In this document: positions 27,401 to 55,028 of the stretch, one piece after another
Numbering within the stretch: position 1 is the first letter of the stretch
Layout: the number at the start of each line of letters is the position of its first letter
DNA from: Haliotis rufescens
Taxonomy: Eukaryota
NCBI RefSeq assembly: GCF_023055435.1
Contig: NW_025963835.1
Coordinates: forward strand, 13,392,001-13,456,000
DNA length: 64,000 nt
Direction of reading: 5' to 3'
Program-made: the position numbers and the translations under genes
Notes under the pieces: generated by a model
Told to the model about the DNA's origin: nothing
Databases searched by the model: none
The model's input: the letters and a program-made list of their open reading frames with translations, nothing else

Positions 27401-29701
27401 GGTTCTACATGTCTCCGTTATAGTGATATCCCGGTGCACATAATGCAAACAACAGCCTGTCAGTTCTACAGATTGTGTGACAATGTTAAGTAGGCTTGTT
27501 TTAGTTCACATAAAACGCCATCCTCGAGGTACTATATCTTTAAGTTGTATATGACGCTTGTAGTTATAACTATTTACTGTTAAAACAGAAATCGGAACTG
27601 CATACATGTGACATATACTACCGCTTTGTAATAAATATTTCAGAATAAATATCGTCTTGAAAAAAATAAATTTACGGCGGCCTTTGGGACCTACTATATA
27701 CAAGCTGGGTGGGAGAATGGGAGGAATATTTTTGTCTAGCTATATTTTCCGGTAAATACTCAAAATAGAATTGTGCTTAAGGTGTTATCCACAGAATTTT
27801 GTTTTACGCTGGTGGTTGGATCTTTAAAAAAATGGTCCCGAAATATGCTTTTGCCTCAGGTTTTACAAAAGACATTGCTGGTTTTACTTATATATTTAGA
27901 CAAAGTGTAAAGAAATCTTGAAGCAGCGTAGCAGTAAATTATTATAACGTTTAAGAAACCATAACAACGGCGCTCCTCACATAGTGACTTTTCTGTCTAG
28001 TAAAAATACAACGTCGTAATAATACAATTAGGATAATCAAAAGAATCATATGTTAAATTCAATTCTTTTTAGCTGCATATACATCTAACGATCATTTAGA
28101 TTCAATCAGACTTCTATTCATTTTAGATCAGTGGATTATAAGCACGTAATATGACTATTATCAGTCTTCAGAATAAGCATACATTATGAGACTTCAAAGC
28201 GAAATATTTATGTGGGTATTGTCTTACTGACTGATGTCTAACCAACCTTCAACACCGCCCCAGGAAGCACCCAAATATAAAAAACGCCAAAGCACATATT
28301 TACATTATTTATGGTGACTCCTTGGACAGTTATTGACATGGAAAGTGTATTTCGTGCAATAAAAAATTACATTTTTCCACAACTGGTGGGTTTTGGAATG
28401 ACTCATGCTCTAATTCAATAGGACGAAACTAAAATATTTGCTAATGATAAAATAACGTAATAAATCACTGAGTGAATTTTCCCTAAATTCCTTCGCTCGA
28501 TCGCTTGATTGATTCACGTGCATAATTCTACCAGGAGTATTTAACGCTTGGAAGCGTACACAAGTTATCCTAGCGATACAGGGTGTAGCCAACGATGGTA
28601 TTTTATGATATTTCTCAATGTAGAATATTTTGATGTGAAAACTGCCTATGACGGAAGCGGATGGAACGTAAATTTAGTAACCCATTTGCCCGTTCCACTC
28701 TATTAGGGGCTTTGCATGAAGCAAATTAGATATCTAGATACGGAAATCGATAATTAAACCATAATTTCAGAGAAAGTCTTATAGTTAATCATTTTTATAT
28801 TTATTAATTCCTTACGCCGTGCGTTGAATCCCGGAATACTATCTTTCCTCTTTGTTTGAGTTTGTGAATTTATAGCAATACTTTTTTATATATTTATTAA
28901 TCATCTAAAGTACCGCATCTCTGAAAAAATATCGCGTCAAAGTTAAATCCCATATAACAAATACGTGTCGAATGTATATTTTTATTGCCTTGGTAATCTG
29001 TATATTCTCGATATTATTCATTGCCTTCCAGTCGCCTTCGATGTATCTGTGTTCTGGTGTTCGTCAACGTTTGTAAGCCACCATATCCCTTGACATTTAT
29101 TGATGCAGTTTATCATTTAGCCTGGTGATAAATCCTTGGAGATTAATTTGCTGCAATTGCAAAAGCCACGGCAATGGTATTTTATATACGTGCATTAGTC
29201 ATGGAGTTTAACTTAAATCAATACCTAGAAAGACTGATGCATGGAAGCTGCCAAGGCAAAGACAAGTGAATCTACCTTGAGGACGTTTCAGTGGACGTGT
29301 TAGTGAGTGAGTGGTTGTGTGAGTACTGTTATAAGCATCTGTTGACTATATTCCAGCCTTATTACGTCAGTGGGCACCATGAAACCGCACACTGTGGCGA
29401 TTCGAACTCGTGTCTGTCTACGGACCATCAAGCCACTGTTTTACTTGCTCGGCTAACATGGGCATGCAATTCATTTCTTGATAGTTGCAAGTGTTGGAAC
29501 AAACACCGAGCATGATTTACACGTATGACGAGTGTCTATAGAAGTCTATAGCCGAAACTTGAAGACAATCATTTCTTGAACTTTACTAGGATGTCAAAAT
29601 GCAGGCAGTGTTCTGGTGTTATTTCGTACTCTAAAAACATTTTCATCAGTTCATAAATATATGTTGTCAGCTTCACCTACACCCTTTACCTTATTTCATT
29701 C

Positions 29702-29870
29702 GGGTGGTAGGGTAGCCGTGGGCGGCGGTTAAAGCGTTCGCTCGTCACTAAGAACACCCGGGCTCGATTCCTCAGATGGGTTCAATGCGTGAAGCCCATT
29801 TCTGGTGTCCCCTGCCATGATATTGGAATATGGCTAACGCGGCGTAAAATCATACTCACTCAACCTCACT
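29702..29870 (+). mobile_element. SINE family C
   Basis: ggttaaagcgttcgctcgtcac...gaagcccatttctggtgtccc...catactcactca. Confidence 0.75.
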
Positions 29871-30316
29871 CGAACACGAATATTAACGCAGCTTCATGAT
29901 GGGGCGCTTGGTGAGACAGAGGATGTCAATGTGTAGATGCCGGTGCTGTATGCACGTACCTATTGTAGTCAAAGATATATCACCGCTTAGTTTTTCCAAA
30001 GGGTTAATATAATCACCTTGTCCTAGACACTCAATGGATAGTATGCCTTTGTCCTTCTCAAAAGTACACGGATATGTTCATTACATGTATAAAATAAATT
30101 CAAAAATATCTCTCGAGCGGTCAACTCAAAACCATAAAGTTTGGATACAGGCACAGCTATGCTATACTTTCAGTCATGTATGTTAAATGTACGAGTACCT
30201 AACATCACGTCATTTACAGTATATTTCTTAAATACCTGCCGGTTATTTAATCGCGATATACTTACATTATTGATAGTCAGTTATATCATCCAACACTCGC
30301 CAGAGACTAAAAGAGT

Positions 30317-30558
30317 GGCGTCCGCCCGGAGAGCGGAAGGTCCGGGGTTCGATCCCCGGCCGCGTCATACCAAAAGACGTTAAAAGATGGTACTTGTTGT
30401 TACCCTGTCTGGCGCTCGGCATTAAGGGGCTAAAACAAGGACTGGTCGGCTCGGAGTCAGTATACTGTGTCTAAGTGGGGTATTCATGTTAAACTGCGGC
30501 ATGGTATCTCAGTGGGCTAGCACTATAAATCGGCATCAGTCCTGACTAGTATAAGCAG

Positions 30559-30598
<40 letters not shown>

Positions 30599-30661
30599 AT
30601 GCACGTCGCTATATAAGTGCAATAATCTTGGACGCGACGTTAAACCCAATTTCACCTCACC
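30317..30661 (+). mobile_element. SINE family D
   Basis: B box GGTTCGATCCC, (CA)n insert, tail aacccaatttcacctcac. Confidence 0.85.
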
Positions 30662-30926
30662 GTAATTCCAGCCGGATGCTATACGGGTAGCAGGGTTCCG
30701 TCAGCCATCCTAGTTTGGTTGATGGCGATCTATAGCCAGAGCTTTATATTGTGATTAGTTTAGTATAGTTAACATTTCAGTAATCTTCATTATAAATGTT
30801 CTAGTCACACTGTCTGTCATAATGCCGATGTGACTTTACTTTTAACTCGCTCTCTTACAAACTTTATGTCCAAGGTTATATTATACACGGGAAAGGGTGG
30901 TTTTGGGGGTATTAACAAGGAGAATA

Positions 30927-31105
30927 GACCGCCTCCGTGGTCAGTTGATCGAGCGTCTGCTCAGAGAGCGGACGGTTGGTGCTTCTATCACCTGGCCGCG
31001 TTGTACCAAAAGATGTTGAAAGATGGTACTTATTACCCTGCATGGCGCACGGCATTCAGGGAAAAAACAAGGCCTGATAGGCTCGAAGGCAGTATACTGT
31101 GTATA
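30927..31105 (+). mobile_element. 5' fragment of SINE family D
   Basis: gaccgcctccgtggtc...ccaaaagatgttgaaagatggtact. Confidence 0.65.
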
Positions 31106-33511
31106 ATTTATTCAACAAGATCAATCTCCTTTTCCCTGGCTCGGCTAACAATTTGTACTGAACACTTCACACAGTTCAATCTGGTTAACTCCGCTTTTAC
31201 CATCGCAGTGACAAAAAACAATCTTGAATGAAAAAAACAATATTATTCTCACTGGTGAAATAGCAGATGCAGCTAGCAAACCTTTTAATTATTCAGTGAC
31301 ATCAGCATAACGCTATGCGTCAATATCATGACGTTATTGAACAGACACGTGACACTGCCAGGATTCCAATTGGAGATTCTGCATAGACGTTTTTTGAACA
31401 TAATATCATGGAGAATAAATGTACAGGCTAATCATGAAAAATAATGTGCTTATTTCATCTCGTGGCCATATGATAAATGCAACTGATTTGTGTCAAAGGC
31501 GATGTCTATATCGTGTTCATGACGTTGTGTTTCCATTGTTTAAAAGCAGCTTAATGTTGTACATGTAATTCATGTCCTCAAGTCAAAATTCCTAATCTAA
31601 CAAATACACACTGTATGTCAGAGAACACTGCCAGGTTGAAAACACAAAACTTTAAAATTGGATTTGACCGAAAAATTACAAACGTTGACAAAACAATACC
31701 AGATTGACAACAATCACAGAAACACTGCCAGAAACACAACTCTGATACGAAAGGTTGCACGGGAATCACGCACGCACGAATTCGGTGTTAGCGTTGGGCG
31801 TCTCAACGTGCGTGATTCCCGTGCACCCCTTCGAGTTGAGTTGATTTGCTGAACTGTGTCATATGGCCCTGTGACGCAGGGGTAGCAATATGCAGATGGT
31901 TGTTTCAATGAATGCTCGTTCCACCCGTGACGAATAGGTCTGGTTGTTGATGAAATATAGTGATAGCTAAATAGACAGATTTTTTATTCATGCACCGATT
32001 TTCTTTAAATGTAATATCCAGTTATGTATGACTGTTTAATAATCTCATACCAACTTTTACTGGAGTAGGGTCGATAGTTTTTCAGGTATTGTAGTAAACG
32101 TCGGTACCTTAAATTACCTTTCAGACTTATAGATTCAACCAAGTAATAAAGGCTTTCATACAAAAAGACCTTGTTATGCCATTACTTCCTTAACTATACT
32201 TAGAATAGAAGGTTGCAGAAGAAACAATATCACTATATTTCGTCTGATTTCAAGACAAGTTAACCATGTAGAGTGGCCGCATGTTACTCACAGACCCAGC
32301 TGATGACATTTATTTATTTACGTCACTTCTGTTCTGTTTCTTTGGCAAGGTAAATATGATAATGGCATTATAGGGGCAACTAATGCATGTACGTTTATCA
32401 GATGAAGAATATGAATAAATTACAAGTAGCAGAATAATAACGCACTCAATGTCAGTCTGTGTTGTAAATAGAAAATAAAATAATGAAGGCGGAAACTCGT
32501 CTATTCTTTAGACGATATATGGTTCCATCTAAGGTTGGCATGGTAATTCAACAACGAATGACAATGACGAATGACAATGACGAATCTAAACTCGTATCTA
32601 TGTATTGCCAATACTTTCTCACCATGCCAATACAATCGTGTGTGAAAGCTAAAAGCATGTAAGTTCCCGGAAGAATATATGATATAATGTACTTTACGAA
32701 TCCGCGACGTTTCTCAAAAGTCTTTTCCCCCATCGAGTCCTCATACTTTAGCAATGAAGAATCAGCCCTGTAGATGTCTATGTGACAAGGGAAGTGGCGC
32801 TTCGATTAGTCATAAAATGAAATACACAAGACGGACATTTTAACATTTAAAAAAAACTTCCCTCCATCAGGGTTTATTTTGAAAAAACAATTTCATTTTC
32901 AGTTTCATTTTAATGTAATTTCGACAAAAACACCAAACGTTAGCATTGCCCAACGCAACCCAACATGAATCCCAACATAATGCCAGTTAAAGAAAAGCGG
33001 TACCTGGTAAATATATACGTATTGGTAAAGCACCCACCCTACATTACTTCCTGAATTAGCATACAGACATTCAGTGCGTTCAAATAAATACGAGTGGTCA
33101 AAGTATACGTTGATGTGATATTTACATATTCGTTTGGCTTTGAGGGAGTTTTCTTTGTTTTCTTTAAACGTTTGTTGCTATCTTTTGTCCATTTAAATGA
33201 ATATTTTACTCGGAGTATTAAATACGATATACTTCTATTAGTGGACATATCAATAAAGTTGGGATCGCTCAACGATCAGATCTCATCGCTGCGATTCATA
33301 TTCCTCACATACCTTCATATGGACCTACATGTACGATAGTCCTACCATTAGATCACTTGGTGAGCAATCATTTAGTTTAGAGGAGGCAATCATTTCGCTA
33401 TTGATGTTATCCAAACTTTCAACTGAAGCATTACACGAACCCTTTATTTTGATGGTACAATTATCTAGACGTTATGATACAACATATATGCAAAATGATA
33501 TGATTAAAACC

Positions 33512-33875
33512 TACGGAAGCGTAGTGGGGCCACTTTGATTTTTTTTGTCTAAGTATCCCCAACGTAGGACTTAGTATCTTCTACGTAGGACTTAGTATCT
33601 TCTACGTAGGACTTAGTATCTCCTACGTAGGACTTAGTATCTCCTATGTAGGACTTAGTATGGCCTAGAATCACTATCTCCTACTTAGGACTTAGTATCT
33701 CCTACGTAGGACTTACTATCTCCTACGTAGGACTAAGTATCTCCTAAGAATCTCACTATGAAGAAGATAGTAAGTCCTACGTAGAAGATAGTAAGTCCTA
33801 CGTAGGAGACAATAAGTCCTACGTAGGAGATACTTAGACAAAAGAAAATCACCGTGGCCCTACTACGCTTCCGTA
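33512..33875. mobile_element. Foldback MITE with TACGG termini and 6-bp TSD (IS3EU-like)
   Basis: ~45-bp TIRs tacggaagcgtagt..., TSD AAAACC at 33506-33511 and 33876-33881, internal 21-bp repeats in both orientations. Confidence 0.85.
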
Positions 33876-34318
33876 AAAACCTCTATCGCGTTGTAGAGTT
33901 CTATAAATTGAAAGGGGAATGCACTTAATTTTTAATCAGGCAACTTAAAAAGAATTATTTTCCATTTTTAAAGGTTACGCACAATCAGCGTGCTCTCACA
34001 GAGAACGCATTGCTCTGCTTTTAGCAGACCCCGACAAATAGCACGGCGAAGTTTGTTCGTTAGCATCACTATGACGTGGTGACACTGTGAAACAAATGGC
34101 CAGTTTTCTGTCTGTACTGCCTTTTATTTTCCCTGATAACTTATAAACTTGGACGAATTTTTTTTAGGAACATGACCGTCTTTATTCCACAATATATTCA
34201 AATCGTAAAAATATTCCAAATGCATGTCAGGGCCCATGTTTGACTTACACGCGCCACATAAAGCGCTTATATACTTATGTACAGAAATAAGGGAACGATA
34301 AAGAGTACCGTGTACCGG

Positions 34319-34585
34319 GTGCATGGGTGACCCAGTCGTCTCAGGCGCCGCAATTCCACGTGCACGCTTGCGTTCCTAAAACATGTCAGAAACCTATGAT
34401 CGTGGGTTCGAATCCTGGTTCGCTCCGCTTATGTTTCTCGGTTTGTCAGCAGCATACCCATGGAATTCGTAGGTTTCTCCAAACGGTAAACGTACAAGAC
34501 CTCACTTCAGCCTTTCCTCCCACATCAAGCTGACAAGCCGTGGTGTACCTGCTATACTGTTAGCGGGGTTACACTCACACACTCA
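34319..34585 (+). mobile_element. SINE family B (diverged)
   Basis: gggtgacccagtcgtctcaggcgcc...gggttcgaatcc...aagctgac. Confidence 0.75.
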
Positions 34586-35344
34586 TAATGTACCCTGGAC
34601 ATGCATGGAGGTATGCCGGGATGGTTGAGAACACAGCAGATACTACATATTTCTGAGTCTAATGTTAAGCATACTGTTTATGGAACATCTTCATCTATGC
34701 GTTTTCTCAGTGTGTGTGTGTTGTTTTATGCGGTCTTATAAGGTTTTACAAACTTATATCCACTCATGGTAAAATCCATCACCCACAAAACAATTGAGAA
34801 ACTCGTCCCGTTTTCTTTCATAATTTCAAGCTACCCTGGAAATATATGGTCGTTCCAAGCCTTATATATCGATTGTAAGGAATGGAGAATTTTAGATCAC
34901 AGGGACAGTGTGCGCTAAACACCAAGTGACCATTTCATACGCTAGGTTCGGAGGAGTTGCCTCCCTTATCAATTCATACACTCGGCACCCAACCCAGATC
35001 ATTAACAAGATGTTTATTACACAAGACAATGTCAAATTGACACCTGGCCCTAATTACAGTTTAGACTTAAACTATAAATGGGTTCCGAACTATAAATCAT
35101 CTTAAAAAATAATTAAAAAAGAACATTAATTCACAAATGAATGAAATCATTCACTAGATCTATACTGTCAATGCTTTTTCTCGGAACGGTACTTGTGTCC
35201 AAGGTATCACGAGTTATTTCCCTTCCATTACTGTCTGTGAGGAATGAACAACAATGCGAGTGATTAATTTGATTTTAATGCCGCTTTGAACAATATTTTC
35301 TGTCATAGTGCTGGGGACAAGACCATGTTGGTGAAGGTCATTGT

Positions 35345-35610
35345 TTTTGTTTTGTTCGTTATTTAACGCCGCACTCAGCAGTATCCCAGCTATATGACGG
35401 CGGTCTGTAAATAATCGAGTCTGGACCAGACAATCCAGTGATTGATATCCTGAGCATTGATCCACGCAGTTGGGATACGACGACATGCATCCAAGTCAGC
35501 GAGTCGGATTAGACCTGATCCCGTTCGTCGCCTCTTACGACAAGCATAGTCGCCTTTTACGGCAAGCATGGGTTGCTGAAGACCTATTCTAGCCCGGATC
35601 TTCAATGGTC
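35345..35610 (-). mobile_element. SINE family A
   Basis: Reverse match to 1294-1560. Confidence 0.85.
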
Positions 35611-35614
35611 TTAT

Positions 35615-35790
35615 CGCCCCTCTACAGGTACAGCCTACCTGGAGACTGTCCCTTACGGAAACTTCCAGAACGGTCAAGCCTGCCATGTTCTTGTATACAA
35701 CAAAGACAGATAACTCTAATTCTAGTACAACCCCATTCTGGAAACCTCTACCCGTTGCTATCGACTGCTGTTTAAATCCGGCCACGACAA
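35615..35790 (+). mobile_element. Highly degenerate L2/CR1-type LINE ORF2 C-terminal remnant
   Basis: Frameshifted pieces YSLPGDCPLRKL / QNGQACHVLV / PILET..YRLLFK resemble the L2 pattern GLP..L.KLQ..QN.AARLV..HITPIL..LHWLPV.YRI.FK. Confidence 0.35.
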
Positions 35791-37481
35791 CAGTTGCTAT
35801 TTATTACTGGTAGTGCAATCATTTCCTGTCACTGACAATTACCACAAATCTATTTACAGTTTCTACCACCACTCACATCACTTGCACATAACAATACGCT
35901 CTTGTCTGGAGGAGAGACTACAGCTGGATGCGGACAAGACATATACCACGGCTACACGTGTCATCATTTACCTAATCTCAATCCAGCATCATCCCGAGGC
36001 AAGGGAGTTCACTGACTATAAAAGTCCAGTTTCCACCCTTGCCGAATTAGGCTGGAATTATGGAGTTATGCATAGTCCAGTCAAAATCTCGAAACGAATT
36101 CGACATTCTGTTCGTAAACTGCCGTGCACATTTTGGTCTATTGCAGGATTGCAAAGCATGTGGTTCGCAAACACAGCGTCAACAGATATTTTCCAAATCT
36201 TTTCATGTTTTAAACAAGGTGCTCACGTGATGTTGTGCAATTCGTGAAGTAAGTCCCGTTTTATCACAATATAGATCTTGATTATCAATCAGATCGTCTT
36301 GACTGAGCACCGCGATTTTGTTTGAAGTAAATGCAAGCAATATGAGAGGTGGAATCCGATTGGTCAATAGGAGAGACATGGACGGGACAGCGATCGTAAA
36401 AGCCACTGGTGGCGCTACGATCGAGCCCAGAAATTCCAGCCTAGTTCGGCAGGGTGGAAACTTGACGTTTACAGTCAGTAAACTCCCTGGCCTCGGGAAG
36501 ATGGAATCAAGAGGCTGCATAAGGTTATTTCACTGAAATAGCATATGCTATAAATGTGTTATTTCAATATAACCATATAACAAAAAGTGGCCGTTGGATG
36601 AAGGTATCAAGGGTCAGGTGTTAGACAAACTTCTACCTGACCAGCAAGTCCACTGTTCAAAACTTGTGTCCTACTCTCTCTGTGTGCGTGCGTGAGTGCG
36701 TATGTGTGTGTGCGTGCGCGCACGCGTTTAGAGAGGAGCGGCCAACTGCACTACACAGCGCCCAGTACCATAATAACGTACGCAGGGCGGTCGCACACGA
36801 AGTGTCTGTCCTTGGACCAATAACACAATTCCTGGGTCAGTGCAGGAATAATTAAAACATTTGAATTGTAACGAACAAATTATGGCCTACAAGTTATGTC
36901 ACAGCAAAAGCTCCAGCGCCTTTAAGAGTTGCATCCTACGGGACCTGCAGAGAAAGTGTGTCAACTCCCTTATCAAGCTGACATGACGTGATAGAACTCA
37001 ATACTGTTCAAAGCGGCGCTAGCCAAACTACCTCATCAACATGCAACTGACAGAAAAGCGACTGCGAGCACACTGTCTGTGGCTTTCTCATGGACCTATG
37101 TCATAATTGCACTGTAAAAAAATTAATATCATATAAGGGACACCGAGTAATAGAATGTTGTTTTATGGCACATTCAGTAATAGATTTTGACTAACGCTTA
37201 TTCTCTTAAAATATATAATTCTGATAAAAACCAGCAAATATAATTGAAATTGAAAAAGGCCCAGTGAGACGGCAGTTTCAGGAGCATACCCCGCGGAAAA
37301 TCTAGACTTGCTTCATTTAGGGCTACAACAAATTAAGGGCTTGGCGGAAGGGAAAATAATATGGTTCAGGGACTGTGAGATAGAATACACCTATATTTAT
37401 GTTGCTCTGTGCGAGCATGGGTCTAAGCCGTGAGAGTACGTTAACGGGACACTATGTCCACGGTCAAGGTCTAGTCGTCGT

Positions 37482-37716
37482 GGGGGGGCACGGGTAGCCA
37501 AGTCATCGAGCTAAGACCCTGCAATTCGCTGGACACGCCAGTAACGTTTGATCGTGGGTTCGAATGCTGCTTCGCCCGATTATGTTTCTACGTTCGTCAG
37601 CATCCCACCCGTGTTCGTGGGTTTCACCTAGTTGGTGAGATCTGCATCACTTCAGGCTGACATGCCGGGATATAACTGGAATACTATTCAAAGCGGCGTC
37701 AAACCCAACTCACTCG
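37482..37716 (+). mobile_element. SINE family B (diverged)
   Basis: ggggcacgggtagcc...gattatgtttcta...aaacccaactcactc. Confidence 0.75.
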
Positions 37717-38439
37717 TTTATGCTTGAGAAAGAAGTAACTTCCTATGGCTTCCTTTTAATATAAGCTTCGGTGGTTTTGCGGTCGTGAAATCAGCAATTG
37801 AGAGGTTGTTATTGTGATTTGAAACTTCTGACAGAATGAAATTTCACTGTTGACGCACTGTCTAACCATGTGATAAATCATCTACCGGACCTTACCAGAG
37901 CAAATATACAAGGTCAGTTGGGTGTCGGAAGAGGCGTACTTGAAGCTCTTATCTAACTCGTCGTTGAATGATGTGGATAAATAATTTCCCACGATCAACG
38001 CCTTTGTTGATTAAGCTGTACATATTCGTCAGCTGGGAGTGAATGTGTTTACGTGAAGGTCCGCATGAGTTGCAGTGTACATTCAGAGTAAGTGCCGTCC
38101 TTGGTTTTGACCTCCGCAGGGAAGTGAAGCCGAGGTCGGCGTTCACGATGATCAGGCGTGTGACGTCAGGCGTTCCAGATTGTTGGACAGTATTTCATTA
38201 TCACGTACCCCCTACATCCGTCCTGTGACCGACCCCTCATACCGCGAGGTTCTATCTCCATGGTGTAGTCTTGATAATGGGTGAAACACGGATAAAGATA
38301 ACAATGACATGGATTTTAATTCTGTTTTATGAGATTATTTTCTCAATCATGACAATACTAAATATTGCTTTTGCAATTCAGGTTTAAGTCTACAAAAACT
38401 GCCTGCCGTGTTAAAATAGTTAGACGGTCCTGTATCTGT

Positions 38440-39485
38440 AGTATCCGCGACAAACGGCTGTGTGAGGTTGTAATAAATACACCTGAAGCTGTAGTAGTTG
38501 CGACAACAGCTGTGTAGGCTTGTAATGTTAACAGCTGAAGCTGTAGAAGCCGCGAAAAGACATCTGTGTGGGATTGTAATGGTAATAGCTGAAGCTGTAT
38601 TGGCCGAGACAAACAGCTGTGTTGGGTTGTGATGTCAACAGCTATATCTGTACCATCCGCGACAAACAGCTGTGTTGGGTTGAAATGTTAACAGCTGAAG
38701 CAGTAGTGTCCGCGACAAACAGCTGTGTGGGGTTGAAATGTTAACGGATGAAACAGTAGTGTTCGCGAAAAATAGCTGTGTAGGATTGAAATATTAACAG
38801 CTGTGTTGGGTTGAAATGTTAACAGATGGATCAGTAGTGTCCGCGGCAAATAGCTGTGACGGGTTGAAATGTTAACGGATGAAACAGTAGTGTTTGCGAC
38901 AAACAGCTGTGTAGGATTGAAATATTTACAGCTGAAGCAGTAGTGTTCGCGACAAACAGCTGTGTTGGGTTGAAATGTTAACAGCCGAAGCAGTAGCGTC
39001 CGCAACAAACAGCTAGGTTGGGTTGAAATGTTAACAGTTGAAGCAGTTGTGTTCGCGCCAAATAGCTGTGTTGGGTTGAAATGTTAACAGCTGAAGCAGT
39101 AGTGTCCGCGACAAACAGCTGTGTTGGGTTGAAATGTTAACAGCTGAAGCAGTGGTGTCCGCGACAAACAGCTGTGTTGGATTGAAATGTTAATAGCTGA
39201 AGCAGTAGTGTCCGCGACAAACAGCTCTCTTGGATTAAAATGTTAACAGTTGAAGCAGTAGTGTTCGCCACAAACAGCTGTGTTGGATTGAAATGTTAAC
39301 AGATGAAGCAGTTGTGTCCGCGACAAACAACTGTCTTGGGTTGAAATGTTAACAGTTGAAGCAGTAGTGTCCGCGACAAACAGCTGTGTTAGGTTGAAAT
39401 GTTAACAGCTTAATCTGTACTATCTGCGACAACGTTGTTGTGTTGTAATGTTTAGAGCCTAATATGTAGTATCCGCGACAAATAA
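38440..39485. repeat. 53-bp minisatellite (~19 units)
   Basis: Unit AAACAGCTGTGTTGGGTTGAAATGTTAACAGCTGAAGCAGTAGTGTCCGCGAC. Confidence 0.92.
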
Positions 39486-39585
39486 CTTTGCAATGTTGTA
39501 ATAACATCAAAATCTGTCGTGGCCTCTATTTGACTGTGATAAAACCTGAATTGCTAGGGGCCAAGAAACGGGCGACAGATCAGTA

Positions 39586-39858
39586 GGGGGCACGGGTGGC
39601 CGATTCGTCTAAGACGCCGCGATTCGCTTGATTGTGGGTTCGAATCCCGTTTCGTCCCGATTATGTTTCTAGGTTTGACAGCACCATACCCGTGCTCGTG
39701 GGTTTCACCGAAGTGGTAAACGTCTGAGACCTGCATAACTTCGGGCTTTCGTCTCACATTAGGCTGACACGCGGCGATATAACTGGAATACTGTTAAAAA
39801 GCGGCGTTTAACCCAACTCACTCACTCACTCACAAACCCAACTCACTCACTCACTCAC
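39586..39858 (+). mobile_element. SINE family B (deletion in head, duplicated tail)
   Basis: Matches the 16412 copy but lacks ~40 bp between the A and B boxes. Confidence 0.85.
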
Positions 39859-40145
39859 TGATAACAGTAATACACAGTAGTAGCAGTACTAGTAACACTA
39901 GTAGTGATGGTAGTAGACGCAGTGTTAGTACTTGTAGTGGAGGTAGTAGCGTGAGGCGTATAACCCCTGACTTCCTCGTTCAGTTTTTCTATACTAAAGT
40001 TGAAAGGTCACAGCGTGAGACTTGACTCTGTTTGACGTACATTCAATATATCGGAAGATTGATGGGGGTGAAGACACTACCGTCTCGTACACAGAGACAG
40101 GGGGGAAATGTCGGCCGCATTTGCGCGTATCCGGGCACCTTCAGT

Positions 40146-40345
40146 TATGTATAAGACTGGGGACACGAGTGTCAAGAAGACGCAAAGAGCTTGATGTTAA
40201 CAATAGTTACGCAGTAGTTATCTCCCTTGGTACACCCTCCAAGGTGTGATAACAGATAGCGAGCCACTCATACAGGTTAATCATTCATTTTGTCTTTGCT
40301 GGGATTCACGTAAACTCCACACCTTTTTTGAGTTTATGTTTGCAG
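40146..40345 (+). promoter_or_regulatory. Candidate MMP core promoter, 5'UTR exon and 70-nt UTR intron
   Basis: TATAAG near 40150, donor-like cag|gttaat at 40276 and acceptor tttgcag ending at 40345, 50 nt upstream of the ATG. Confidence 0.35.
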
Positions 40346-40394
40346 AGAAGATAGAAAAGGAGCACAGTGGTAATTAGATTTCCCTGTCGACATT

Positions 40395-54746
<14,352 letters not shown>

Positions 54747-55022
54747 CTGGGTCCTTCTTGTCGCCATACTGACACGTAGATGTAGCTAGCCTTGTGATCT
54801 ACAGTTTATCCTCCATCCTGGAAGTTGCTCTTCACCAAACATTTTGCAAAGCATAGGCCACTATTCAAGTTGGGAACATACTGACCGACACCATGAATGT
54901 TTCATACATTGCAAACTACTGTCTGGACCGTGACCTTCTTTTACCTATATGTTTACCAGTAGATGCTTGAAACAATAGATCGTCTCAAAGCGAACACTTC
55001 CGAAAACTACAGGAGATAACCG

Positions 55023-55028
55023 AATAAA
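55023..55028 (+). terminator. Candidate MMP polyadenylation signal
   Basis: AATAAA about 280 nt after the stop codon. Confidence 0.4.
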
